Shown: positions 38,710-48,415, counted from the stretch's first letter. The stretch is 64,000 nt of DNA from a virus (IMGVR_UViG_2974671799_000001:1-64000); one strand, 5' to 3'. Notes: generated by a model not told the origin, from the sequence alone. Translations and numbers: made by a program.

Positions 38710-39252
38710 TTATAAATTTGGCATATATTCTTCAATAAATCTAATCACTCGTTTTGTATATTTCAACTTATCCTTTGTGCTTTCAAAAGATAGGTCGTAA
38801 TCATACTTTTCTACATTTTCATCAGCATGGTTTGAAACACTTTCATCAAAATCTCGCCAATCCGAATCAACCAAAACAGTAAGAACATTGATAGAATCTT
38901 TTTTACATATATTTACCAACCATTCAATGTTTTCAGGCTCTCTACTATGTAAGAAACCATAATTAACACCTAAACGTTCCATTTCTTCATTAACGTGCTT
39001 GTAAGCACTTCTTAATGTGATATTATCAAGGTGTTTATCCAATGAATCCTTTGAGTCTGATAAAACAGGTCTAAAAGCATCTTTTATTTCAGGTACATCT
39101 TCTTTATAACCAAAAACTTCAAATGCTTTTTTAACCAATGTTACTGTCGAAACATTTGGAATCTCAATGTCTTTTAAATCACAAATCGTGTCTATTAAAT
39201 AATCCTTCCCAACTCTAGGATAACCATTTAAAATTATAATTGTTTTTTCCAT
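38710..39252 (-). CDS. deoxynucleoside monophosphate kinase-like P-loop protein
   Basis: LNGYPRVGKD P-loop, HSREPE, NHAD..V..YDYD. Confidence 0.65.
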   Translation of the reverse strand: MEKTIIILNGYPRVGKDYLIDTICDLKDIEIPNVSTVTLVKKAFEVFGYKEDVPEIKDAFRPVLSDSKDSLDKHLDNITLRSAYKHVNEEMERLGVNYGFLHSREPENIEWLVNICKKDSINVLTVLVDSDWRDFDESVSNHADENVEKYDYDLSFESTKDKLKYTKRVIRFIEEYMPNL

Positions 39253-39290
39253 ATTTATTATTGTTTTTTGCAAAGATAGTTAATTATTAT

Positions 39291-39401
39291 TTAATCTACA
39301 AACAACTTTCGACCAAAAGGAAAATCACGTTTAATACGAACCTTTTCTTTATATTGATTAACTTTCTTTTTATGTTTCTTTCTATGTTTACTTTTTGGCA
39401 T
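39291..39401 (-). CDS. 36-aa highly basic peptide (MPKSKHRK, not in the ORF track)
   Basis: MPKSKHRKKHKKKVNQYKEKVRIKRDFPFGRKLFVD*, starting 1 nt after the upstream stop. Confidence 0.65.
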   Translation of the reverse strand: MPKSKHRKKHKKKVNQYKEKVRIKRDFPFGRKLFVD

Positions 39402-39402
39402 T

Positions 39403-40518
39403 TTATCTATTAATTATGTTACCATTTTCATCATTCTCAAACTCATTAACAACACCGTAAATCAATAATCCAAATGAAACAATGAAAACAATAATCGCTA
39501 TTATGAATAAGTGTTTTGTTTTCAATGGAACTATGATATAATCGAAGTCTGAAAAATGCTTTCTTTTCCAATTTTTCTCAACTTCTTTTATCATCAAATC
39601 AATCTTTGATTTCATGTCAATATCTCTCATGAAAATGTTATCAACATTTACTTCAATATGTTTATCATCACACCATGAGAATGTTTTTACCCAACGACCA
39701 TTTTTATCAACACATACAACCAATTCGTTCTTATTACCACCTTTCCAATACTCTTGTTGAAGTTCACCTAAGTTACCATCATTATCATCAAAAACAAGTA
39801 TAAACATTTTAATTTCATACTTATATCCATAGTAAGCATTCCAAATATTTAGTAATTTATTATCTTCATCAGAACATCCTAAACATGATTCCTGCTCATA
39901 GTTATCAACATCGGGATAATCGTATAAACCTTTAACATCTAATGAATCTAATTCACGGAACTTCATAACTGAGTTAACTGATTGAACTTTATTTTCATAA
40001 GAGTGTTTTGTAACATACGGTTGAATGTCTTCAAATTTCTTATTCCAAACAGATTTATACATATCACCATCATTATAATGATAATCACGATGCATATTAA
40101 CAAATGTTTTACCAGTTCCCCATAATTTCAAGAGGAAATTGTAATATGTTTTAGAAATATATTTTGTACTACCATCATTCATAATCATAACCCAATACTC
40201 AGGGTGGTAATCAACATAAGAACAATCATAAGTTTGTGTTGTTGTACAACCTTTACCACATGAAACGGTTCTTGTACAAGTTTGTTTAATATACTCATCC
40301 CAATCCTCGTAGTATCTAGCTTCTATAGGAAAATTAGTCCAATACTCTGTATCATTTGTTAATCCATTAATCATAATACTTTTACAAACAAATATGATAA
40401 TAAGACCAACAATTGTAGGCGCAATAAGTTCTACCCAAACTAATTTATGCTTATAAATTAGAAATGCTAACACCGACATAAAAATCGGTATTAGCAATAA
40501 AAACCATTCTATACCCAT
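39403..40518 (-). CDS. membrane protein, partner of the LemA-like protein
   Basis: Two N-terminal TMs and one C-terminal TM; YYEDWDE, W.GGNKNE motifs; Cys-rich loop. Confidence 0.7.
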   Translation of the reverse strand: MGIEWFLLLIPIFMSVLAFLIYKHKLVWVELIAPTIVGLIIIFVCKSIMINGLTNDTEYWTNFPIEARYYEDWDEYIKQTCTRTVSCGKGCTTTQTYDCSYVDYHPEYWVMIMNDGSTKYISKTYYNFLLKLWGTGKTFVNMHRDYHYNDGDMYKSVWNKKFEDIQPYVTKHSYENKVQSVNSVMKFRELDSLDVKGLYDYPDVDNYEQESCLGCSDEDNKLLNIWNAYYGYKYEIKMFILVFDDNDGNLGELQQEYWKGGNKNELVVCVDKNGRWVKTFSWCDDKHIEVNVDNIFMRDIDMKSKIDLMIKEVEKNWKRKHFSDFDYIIVPLKTKHLFIIAIIVFIVSFGLLIYGVVNEFENDENGNIINR

Positions 40519-41054
40519 TAGAATAACTTTTCTCTTTTCTCAACACCAGTTTTGAAAGTCTCTTCTGCATTTTCATTTAAAATTACAGGTAAATCAATCT
40601 TAGTGTTATTTGAAATAAACCACTTACTAGGAATAGTTGTAATAAGGTTATCATGTTGTCTTCCTAAATCAATCAATTGCTTTTGTTGTGTTAAGAATGT
40701 TCTACGTTCTGATTTGATATCAGCTTGAACTTGCTTCAATAATTCAGGAGAGTAATTAGGATTTGATTCTTTAACCCATTGCATGATTTGACCTTGATTT
40801 TCAGAATAACGACCCGCGATTAACTTCGGATATATTTCTTTAAAATCATCAGCATACTTTTTAGCTACAGACGCTGAACCAAATATAATTTCCTGCATTG
40901 TTGAAAATGAAGCCTTGTTAGCATCAACTTTTGAATTGATTGAATTTCGTAACTCTACCTCAGTATTGTTGTAATCAACATACATAAAACCACAAATTGA
41001 TACGCTTATTAAAAGTGTGAATAGTAATAAAATTGAAATAATTTTTGTTCTCAT
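40518..41054 (-). CDS. LemA-like membrane-anchored protein
   Basis: N-terminal TM, YN....L, helical bundle, R..F...Q..L.D....HDNL...IPSKWF. Confidence 0.6.
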   Translation of the reverse strand: MRTKIISILLLFTLLISVSICGFMYVDYNNTEVELRNSINSKVDANKASFSTMQEIIFGSASVAKKYADDFKEIYPKLIAGRYSENQGQIMQWVKESNPNYSPELLKQVQADIKSERRTFLTQQKQLIDLGRQHDNLITTIPSKWFISNNTKIDLPVILNENAEETFKTGVEKREKLF

Positions 41055-41128
41055 TGAATATAAAATTTAAGTTAATAATTTTTTACAAATATAATGATTA
41101 TTATAGAATAACCAAAACTTTTTATGTT

Positions 41129-41473
41129 TTATTTAAAAACTCCTTTAGCTTCTTGCTTTTCCAACTGTTCCATGATTAAATCATATCTACATTCGAACTT
41201 ATCAACCATTGAATGCTTTATTCTAATTTGAATCTTATGCTTGAATCCAAATCTAATTAAAAAAGCTTTATCTTCTCCTATAATAGACGAAACAACATTA
41301 GAATAACCACACTTCATATTATCGAATGAGAATATGTACATGAATTTTCTGAACTCAATACCACTACCTAACTTATGAATCTCGACACCTAAAAGGCTTG
41401 ATTCATCATTTAAAAGCTCTTCATACTTTTTATAGAACTCTTCTCTTAATTCTAAATATCTAGATTTTTCCAT
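41129..41473 (-). CDS. hypothetical protein
   Basis: 114-aa ORF. Confidence 0.65.
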   Translation of the reverse strand: MEKSRYLELREEFYKKYEELLNDESSLLGVEIHKLGSGIEFRKFMYIFSFDNMKCGYSNVVSSIIGEDKAFLIRFGFKHKIQIRIKHSMVDKFECRYDLIMEQLEKQEAKGVFK

Positions 41474-41858
41474 ATATTCGTTTTTTGTGAAATCTATACA
41501 AATGGTTTATTGGATAAGGCATATATGTGATATATTGTTTATGTTTTCTATGCATTTTATTATTGTTCATTTCATGTGTATTTACCAATTTGCGTAAATC
41601 TAAATCGATTGTAACACCATCCATAAATAATAAAGTCCAAAGAACATTATTTTTTACATCAATAGATATCAAGTGTGAATCTTTTGTATAAAATTTAAAA
41701 TCTTTTCTGCTATCCATTTCAGAAATATCAACATATCTAGTTTCATTAGGAATTGATGTTTCATATATAACAAAAATTCGACCTGTATTCCAAACAATAC
41801 TAACACCATTAACGTGTACAAATTTATTGTTTTTACTGAAAATTATCCTGTCTTTCAT
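41460..41858 (-). CDS. hypothetical protein
   Basis: 132-aa ORF. Confidence 0.65.
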   Translation of the reverse strand: MKDRIIFSKNNKFVHVNGVSIVWNTGRIFVIYETSIPNETRYVDISEMDSRKDFKFYTKDSHLISIDVKNNVLWTLLFMDGVTIDLDLRKLVNTHEMNNNKMHRKHKQYITYMPYPINHLYRFHKKRIYGKI

Positions 41859-42330
41859 AAATATGTTTTAATGTTTGTAAATCAACCTCAAAAAATATTT
41901 TAACCATATTCATTGAATGTTCAGACCAACGAATTTTATTATGCTCCGTATGTAAATCCAAATCAGCTAAAAGAACATTATTTGCTTGATGGAACAACAT
42001 AACATCATACCAACCCTTATTATCATTGTATGTGATAACATAATTCATCAATTCATCTAAGGCATCAACTAAATTTGATGTTTGACTAAACCAATAGAAT
42101 ACATCACCATCCTTATTATACATAGTGTGTACAAAATCATTTTCATCAAATCCGATAGCATTTGCTTTTGCCTCTATTGTATAAAAATTATCACTCAAAT
42201 ATGAATCTTTCGCAAATTCTTCTATTTGATTGTGATATTGTTCACGTTGTTCATCATATTCATCAACACGCATTACTGTGAATCGTGTGTTTTCATTATT
42301 CCTAACTAAATCTAAAATATTACTTTCCAT
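41833..42330 (-). CDS. hypothetical protein
   Basis: 165-aa ORF. Confidence 0.7.
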   Translation of the reverse strand: MESNILDLVRNNENTRFTVMRVDEYDEQREQYHNQIEEFAKDSYLSDNFYTIEAKANAIGFDENDFVHTMYNKDGDVFYWFSQTSNLVDALDELMNYVITYNDNKGWYDVMLFHQANNVLLADLDLHTEHNKIRWSEHSMNMVKIFFEVDLQTLKHIYERQDNFQ

Positions 42331-42436
42331 TGTTTAATTTTTTAATACTGGTAATTTTGAAAGTGGAATGTATAAAAGAATTGCTGTGATAGCTATTACA
42401 ATTAAAGCTTCAATAATTAATTTTTTCTTATTTTCT

Positions 42437-42994
42437 TTAAAGTAGCTCATTACTAGCGTGTATATTATTAATAACTTCACTAATATCACTATGTCTATGG
42501 TCTTGATTTGTTTCATATCTGAAATAAGGCATCCCAGTAGCTAAGAAAGCATTATCCAACTCATCATAATTAAGAACATCATCATTACCACCAATATAAA
42601 CATAAGTATTTGTATTACTAGGTTTAACTATTTTGTTTTTGAAACCATCGGCATACTCTTTTGTAACTTCTAACTTAACACCAGTAACAAAATTTTCATA
42701 TGTGTTACCGATTCTTTTAACCATGTTAGTATATGGGTTATAACTTGGATTTATTAAATGAAAATCAACATCTTTATTTTTATCAGCAATTTGAAGACAG
42801 AACCAACCACCTAAACTACAACCAACAACTACTTCAATATCGAATTTATCAATGAATTTTTGCAATCTATCTAAATCAGAATCAACATCATTACTATAAT
42901 TGAAATGATAAACTGTATTGAAAGTATTTCTCAAAGTTCCATATTTAGAACCTTTACCACCATTGAATCCGTTTAAAAATAGTATATTCTTCAT
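42437..42994 (-). CDS. YqiA/YcfP-like alpha/beta hydrolase (esterase)
   Basis: LNGF, nucleophile elbow GCSLGG, LINPS, DDVL, DH. Confidence 0.8.
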   Translation of the reverse strand: MKNILFLNGFNGGKGSKYGTLRNTFNTVYHFNYSNDVDSDLDRLQKFIDKFDIEVVVGCSLGGWFCLQIADKNKDVDFHLINPSYNPYTNMVKRIGNTYENFVTGVKLEVTKEYADGFKNKIVKPSNTNTYVYIGGNDDVLNYDELDNAFLATGMPYFRYETNQDHRHSDISEVINNIHASNELL

Positions 42995-43074
42995 AATTGT
43001 TATTGTTTTTAACACTACAAATATAGTGAATTATATTTATATAAAACAAAAAATCGAGATAAAAAATCTCGATT

Positions 43075-43623
43075 TTATTTCTTAGGATTTCCTAAGATAA
43101 TTTTTTCATGAGGTTCACCACCGATTTCTCGTGTATAATGAAAACCATCATCATTATAAGATAAAATTTCCTTTCCTAAAATATCTTTTGCATACTTTGA
43201 TGGTATTGGAACAGCTCCTTTCTTTATTTGATATCCCGCAGAAGCACCACTAAATTCACCCCATGCTCTACCTAATTTAATATCTTCCATGTAAATATCC
43301 TTAACACCCTTCTTCCCCAAATCTGTTCCATCAGAACCTTTAGCTATAGCTTTACGACCTTTTTTATCTTTATATAGCGCGACTGCTACTATTCTACCTT
43401 CTCTTCTTACCATTTTTATAAAATCGGTTTTGTTGATGAGGTCTTCTTTTGTCTTTGCTGTAAGAAAACCACCAATAGGTGCATAAGTTCTTTGCAAAAT
43501 ATCCCAAATAACATCGATATTTTCTCTCATTTGCTCCTTTGATGTCAAATTAACATAACGCTCATTTATAATCGTTTCCTGTTCATTGATTTTTTCTTCT
43601 AAATATTCACTTATATTAACCAT
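43075..43623 (-). CDS. conserved phage protein, possible virion internal protein
   Basis: N-terminal ISEYLEE..INE repeats; CATAAATA upstream; hairpin at 43050-43076 downstream. Confidence 0.65.
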   Translation of the reverse strand: MVNISEYLEEKINEQETIINERYVNLTSKEQMRENIDVIWDILQRTYAPIGGFLTAKTKEDLINKTDFIKMVRREGRIVAVALYKDKKGRKAIAKGSDGTDLGKKGVKDIYMEDIKLGRAWGEFSGASAGYQIKKGAVPIPSKYAKDILGKEILSYNDDGFHYTREIGGEPHEKIILGNPKK

Positions 43624-43648
43624 AATTTCTTGTTTAAAATATTTATGG

Positions 43649-44020
43649 TTAAGATGTTAATATTTGCATCCAAGTGTCATACTCTTTATCATAATACCAA
43701 TTAGTGTTATCTTCAAAAATATGAACAATATAACCATGATGTAATAATGATTTATCTAAATTTATTCTATCATCATGAGTATAAAGATTATAAGTGTATT
43801 TTGGTAACTCATTCTTTTCAAACAAAATTGTTAAAAATAAACTGAAACACACTATAAATATCGATGTCGAAATTATTAAAATAATGAATAATAAGTCTTT
43901 ATACAACATCATTTCATCAACTTTAATCATAAAAAATATATTTAAAGCTGATACAAAACCGCTTACAATTGAAATTAAAGCTGATAAAATTAAGAATTGT
44001 TTTCTGTGTTTTCTAAACAT
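43649..44020 (-). CDS. hypothetical membrane protein
   Basis: Two TM segments. Confidence 0.65.
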   Translation of the reverse strand: MFRKHRKQFLILSALISIVSGFVSALNIFFMIKVDEMMLYKDLLFIILIISTSIFIVCFSLFLTILFEKNELPKYTYNLYTHDDRINLDKSLLHHGYIVHIFEDNTNWYYDKEYDTWMQILTS

Positions 44021-44313
44021 AATCTATAGTCCTTTAAAATATTCATCAAATTTTTCTTTACCCCAACAATCACTACCACCTAGATTGTCCTTAATCCAAA
44101 TACAATCATCATCTTTTTCCCACCTATAAACTGAATAGGTTTCCCCTTTATCATAGTGTTCTAAATCATCTGTTATACAAGTTACTTCAATCATAATATT
44201 AATAAGGTCTATTTAATAATATGATTGCGAATAATCCAGTAAATAACATTGTTAACAAAATCATTAAACCTATCCAAAGTTTAAAATCTTCTTTATTATA
44301 TTTCTGTTTAATA

Positions 44314-45192
44314 CTATTTTTCATTTTGTAAAACTGTTAATATCTCTTTTTTCCAATCGTTTTTAGTGCTATAATGTATAGCTATCACTTTTGGATTATA
44401 CTTCGGAAAAAGCACTATTTCATGCTCACAATCATCTAAAAGACATTTAACATTCACTTTGTTTTTCAATAAGAAGTGTGCCTTATCTTCATGCTCTGTA
44501 AAATAAATATCTTTAGTTGGTATTCCTAATCTTTTTGAAACAACGAATAAATCATTATTACCTGTAAATTCAACATTACGAACTTGAACAGGATTTTTAC
44601 TCCTAGTTGTACAAATACCGATTTTAAAACCCGATTTCTGCAATTCTTTTGCAAATTCTTCAACTAAGCTCACGTTTAATGTAGAATCAAAGTCGAAAAG
44701 CACATCATATTGAGTTTTTAAACTTTTATTTTTTGGCATTTCACATGGGTATAACTTACCGTCTCGTCTAAGTGTCATTAGTCTATGGCAAAATTCTTGT
44801 TCTGTGAGAACTGTTTCGTTTATATTTCTACGACCCATTGAATGAGTTAGCTTTCCCGATGTACTATGCAAAGCTTTTCTGAACTTTTCCGATTGTTCAT
44901 ACATTGCATTATAAGCACGATTTAAAAGAACTTGATATTCTTTAGAATCTCTTTTCATTGGTTTACCTTGCCAATATAATGTTTGTGTTCTATACCACTT
45001 CTTTTTCTTACCTTTGAACTTAGCTTTCTTACCAAAATATGTACATACTTCCTTCTGTATTTCGATACCTGAAAACTTCAATGACTGTAAAAAACCTTCC
45101 ATGAAGCAATCATAACCATCCAATTTAAAGGCGTTTGCTGAGAAGTTAGATAAAACATTTGATGGATAATTCCCATTACTACCTATATCCAT
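44314..45192 (-). CDS. T4 gp30.3-like NADAR domain fused to a HAD-superfamily domain
   Basis: YPSNVLSNF..F.LDG...EGFLQSLK...TLYWQG...L.HSM...TVLTE.EF matches the gp30.3 pattern; C-terminal FDFDSTL, T.R, K, LDD HAD motifs. Confidence 0.8.
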   Translation of the reverse strand: MDIGSNGNYPSNVLSNFSANAFKLDGYDCFMEGFLQSLKFSGIEIQKEVCTYFGKKAKFKGKKKKWYRTQTLYWQGKPMKRDSKEYQVLLNRAYNAMYEQSEKFRKALHSTSGKLTHSMGRRNINETVLTEQEFCHRLMTLRRDGKLYPCEMPKNKSLKTQYDVLFDFDSTLNVSLVEEFAKELQKSGFKIGICTTRSKNPVQVRNVEFTGNNDLFVVSKRLGIPTKDIYFTEHEDKAHFLLKNKVNVKCLLDDCEHEIVLFPKYNPKVIAIHYSTKNDWKKEILTVLQNEK

Positions 45193-45208
45193 AATATAAA
45201 AATTTTGG

Positions 45209-45248
45209 TAAAAATAAAAAATCCTTTGGAAAACACCAAAGGATTTTT
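45209..45248 (-). promoter_or_regulatory. promoter overlapping a terminator hairpin
   Basis: TTTG(45237-45240)-N20-TATTTTTA; AAAAATCCTTTGG/CCAAAGGATTTTT stem. Confidence 0.7.
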
Positions 45249-45257
45249 GTAATTAAT

Positions 45258-45971
45258 TTAACAATTGTATTTTGCTCTAACTCTATCAACTTCTGCTATA
45301 AGTTTTTTAGTCTCTTCAAAACAGAAATATAAGTACCCCAAACAATCACCTTTCTTATCGATAGAAATAGAACAAGTTAATTCACGAACATCATCAGCAC
45401 TTAACTTAGCCAAGTGTTCATAAATTTCTTTAACCGAAACGTTACTCATATCTAACTCTTTACTTCTTGAATCGTAATCATCTGATATCCTTTCAATATT
45501 ACTTTTAGTCTTATAAATATAAGTTGTGTTAATTATTTTTGCTTTTTCTACGATTTCTAAAATTTCATCATTGTAATATTTTGATAAAATAGTTTCTTTA
45601 ATATCCTGTAACTCTTTTTCCCATGTATTGAATAACCTAGAAATTTTATTAATGTATTTTAATTCCAAATTTTTATTACTGTTTTCAGAATCATAATAAT
45701 ACCAATCTTCGATAACATCTAAGTCCTCATTTAATCTCATTCCGAAATATGAAGTTTCACCTAATTCAAATTTAACAAATAATTCGGTTTTACCACTAAT
45801 TGATGTAAATACAGACATTTTTGCATCATGTTGTAAATCAATTATATTATTCAAGTACTTGAATGAATTTTTTGATTCATCGATGAACTTATAAACTTCA
45901 CTTACTTTATTATAATCTAATACAATATCCTCTGCTTTTCTTAACTGTGATAATTTTGTAATTCTAGTCAT
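45258..45971 (-). CDS. hypothetical protein
   Basis: 237-aa ORF after the promoter at 46008-46039. Confidence 0.7.
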   Translation of the reverse strand: MTRITKLSQLRKAEDIVLDYNKVSEVYKFIDESKNSFKYLNNIIDLQHDAKMSVFTSISGKTELFVKFELGETSYFGMRLNEDLDVIEDWYYYDSENSNKNLELKYINKISRLFNTWEKELQDIKETILSKYYNDEILEIVEKAKIINTTYIYKTKSNIERISDDYDSRSKELDMSNVSVKEIYEHLAKLSADDVRELTCSISIDKKGDCLGYLYFCFEETKKLIAEVDRVRAKYNC

Positions 45972-46036
45972 TTTGTTTTATTTTTTAATTATTAAATATC
46001 TACACGTCAAATATACAACATTATCTTTTAACCACC

Positions 46037-46101
46037 AAATTTTTAACACATTTTTGTCACAAATATATACTAAATTTGTGACAAAAACGTGTTAAAAATT
46101 T
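46037..46101. repeat. 28-bp-arm inverted repeat
   Basis: AAATTTTTAACACATTTTTGTCACAAAT-N9-ATTTGTGACAAAAACGTGTTAAAAATTT, one mismatch. Confidence 0.85.
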
Positions 46102-46220
46102 TCTTTAACTATCTGATTTTTAATTTCTTATATAAAAAAATCACTTTCTATAAAAATTTTTTTATACTACATAATATATAAGTGCTATTTTGGTATTAAA
46201 AATAATAATAATTAATAGTA

Positions 46221-47180
46221 CTAAATATTAGCTCCATTTTTCATTCTATATTCTAAAGATTCTTCCAAACCTGTTGTTAATAATTCAACTAATTCATTAA
46301 GTTTGTTCATGAAACCTTTAAATGCAAATTCTGTTTGGAACTCTAGGACACCGATTTCACCTTCTTCATCTTGGTATAAGTCAATTGATAACCAAGGGTA
46401 ATTGAATTTATTTAAAACTTCTTGTACTTTAATAATAGTATCATTTATTTTTACCAATAATTTTTCTTCCAATTCAGGTAAAGAATTTACATCAAAATCT
46501 TCTTGAATATTTGACTTTTTAAGACCATTCTTTGATGTTGATGAAGAAACCCTTTCATAAATCATGAAACCACTATTTGTTACGATTGCTCTAAATTCCC
46601 TCTTTATATTAACCTTTTCCTGAATAGCAAAATCAAAATCTCTTAAAACCTGTTGAGAATATGAAATCTCTTCCCTAATCATTGGGTCTTGCTTTTCAGA
46701 TATACTTTCTAATTCACTAATGAATGATGTATTATACGAGTTATCTAATGCTTTTTGTAATGATAAATTGTCATACAATTCAACACCCCAACCTTTAGCA
46801 CCGTTTAAAGGTTTTATGACAAATTCATCCATATCTTTCGTACCTGATAGAATCTCACCAAATGTCTTGTATGGTTTATTAGTTTTTTCATTATAGAATG
46901 TATTTGGAGTTTTGATATTGAATGAATTTAAAACAATATGTTGTTGAATCTTATTCAAACGCGCCTGTCTTCCAACAATAGGTGCATTGTGTATAAACTC
47001 TATTATGTCATTCTCTAGTGAACCACCATCTTTAGATTCTAAATCATGAAAACAGTTTTCAGGAATGTATAAAATACCATCCAAATCATCACTAAATTCA
47101 TGTACGAAATCGAAATTACTACTAATCAATCCAATCATCGGATATTTCTTAACCTGTTCTGTTATATAAATTTTCTTCAT
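46221..47180 (-). CDS. RimK-like ATP-grasp ligase
   Basis: TPNT, FVIKP..G..G.GV, IQEKV..EFR, SIDL, VLEF. Confidence 0.75.
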   Translation of the reverse strand: MKKIYITEQVKKYPMIGLISSNFDFVHEFSDDLDGILYIPENCFHDLESKDGGSLENDIIEFIHNAPIVGRQARLNKIQQHIVLNSFNIKTPNTFYNEKTNKPYKTFGEILSGTKDMDEFVIKPLNGAKGWGVELYDNLSLQKALDNSYNTSFISELESISEKQDPMIREEISYSQQVLRDFDFAIQEKVNIKREFRAIVTNSGFMIYERVSSSTSKNGLKKSNIQEDFDVNSLPELEEKLLVKINDTIIKVQEVLNKFNYPWLSIDLYQDEEGEIGVLEFQTEFAFKGFMNKLNELVELLTTGLEESLEYRMKNGANI

Positions 47181-47292
47181 AATAATTAAAAATAGAACCT
47201 CTAAAAACATTACTGTGAAACTTGGCTCTAATTAGTTTACTTTAATCGTGTTTCCACCCATTTAAGGGAATTGTACTGATTTCTTTTATTAC

Positions 47293-47577
47293 TTATGTTC
47301 TTAGTGGAAAACCACTATCATTTACTTCAATTTTTGTTTTTAAACCTAAAGGTTTTGAACCTCTTCTTATAACATAATCCGCACAAGCAATATACTTATT
47401 ACCTTTGTAAATAACAATATACTCTTTTGGAACTTTTGTATGACCTATAAGTTTTATTTCATCAACCTTACCACTCATTAAAACACCATTTAATGAAACG
47501 AATGTTATTAAATCACCTTCCTTAATGTCTGTGATTTCACCTTGATTATAAAAATCTATCGATAATGCGTATCTCAT
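47293..47577 (-). CDS. hypothetical protein
   Basis: 94-aa ORF. Confidence 0.6.
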   Translation of the reverse strand: MRYALSIDFYNQGEITDIKEGDLITFVSLNGVLMSGKVDEIKLIGHTKVPKEYIVIYKGNKYIACADYVIRRGSKPLGLKTKIEVNDSGFPLRT

Positions 47578-47579
47578 AA

Positions 47580-47909
47580 TTATTCTTTATAAAACGATTT
47601 ATTATTATTTGGGTTTATTAACTCCACTTTGTATTTTCCATCTGTACACTCAATTTCCATAATATCTTCGGGAACATCTTCACCAAAGAAAATACTCCTA
47701 TTACAGTCACAAGCATAATTTCCATCAGACCATTGATATGTAGAAACTCCACCATCATTTAGAAAACATGACATATCATGTTCTATAGTTTTAGTCTTTC
47801 CGTCAAATACTCTTGTTATAATAACAGTTGATTCAACACGTTCGTTATTATTTATATTGAAATCTTTATGTTCTAATTTAGAACCGTCTAAGTATTTTTT
47901 AACTACCAT
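47580..47909 (-). CDS. hypothetical protein with W.DGNY.CDCNR motif
   Basis: Cys motif suggests metal binding. Confidence 0.65.
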   Translation of the reverse strand: MVVKKYLDGSKLEHKDFNINNNERVESTVIITRVFDGKTKTIEHDMSCFLNDGGVSTYQWSDGNYACDCNRSIFFGEDVPEDIMEIECTDGKYKVELINPNNNKSFYKE

Positions 47910-47912
47910 AAT

Positions 47913-48239
47913 TTAAAAGCATTTAAAATTATTACAATCATCATTCGAGCATTTAATACCACTCATTTTTTCAACCATGTAATGACCACATTCATTACAT
48001 TTCTCTGCATCATTTATTGGCTCTTTTTCAATATACTCATCCCAATGGTCGTTTTCAGTATTATCCCATTCCTCAACTAAAGCAGAATTACCAGTAGCAA
48101 CTTTTACATCACCATTTTTCAAATCTTCTAGAGATTTCAAAGAAGCGTCTTTCATGAAGTCTAAAGTTTCATCAGGAATACTTTGATTATTTTTTCTTAG
48201 GAAAACATATGCTTCCATAATTGATTCTTTTGTTACCAT
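47913..48239 (-). CDS. hypothetical protein with C-terminal zinc ribbon
   Basis: CNEC...CSNDDC; likely start MVTKES. Confidence 0.6.
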   Translation of the reverse strand: MVTKESIMEAYVFLRKNNQSIPDETLDFMKDASLKSLEDLKNGDVKVATGNSALVEEWDNTENDHWDEYIEKEPINDAEKCNECGHYMVEKMSGIKCSNDDCNNFKCF

Positions 48240-48415
48240 AATCACAATATTATATTTCAACATCCCACATATTAGGATAGTTTTTATTATTTGAAAATTC
48301 AATTTCATTACCACACTTAGGACATTTAAAGCCTAAATTTATCAAGTCTTTCCATTTACCATCTATTAAAACAAACGGTTCTGCTATACCATCGGTAGCA
48401 ACTATATGTTTACAT

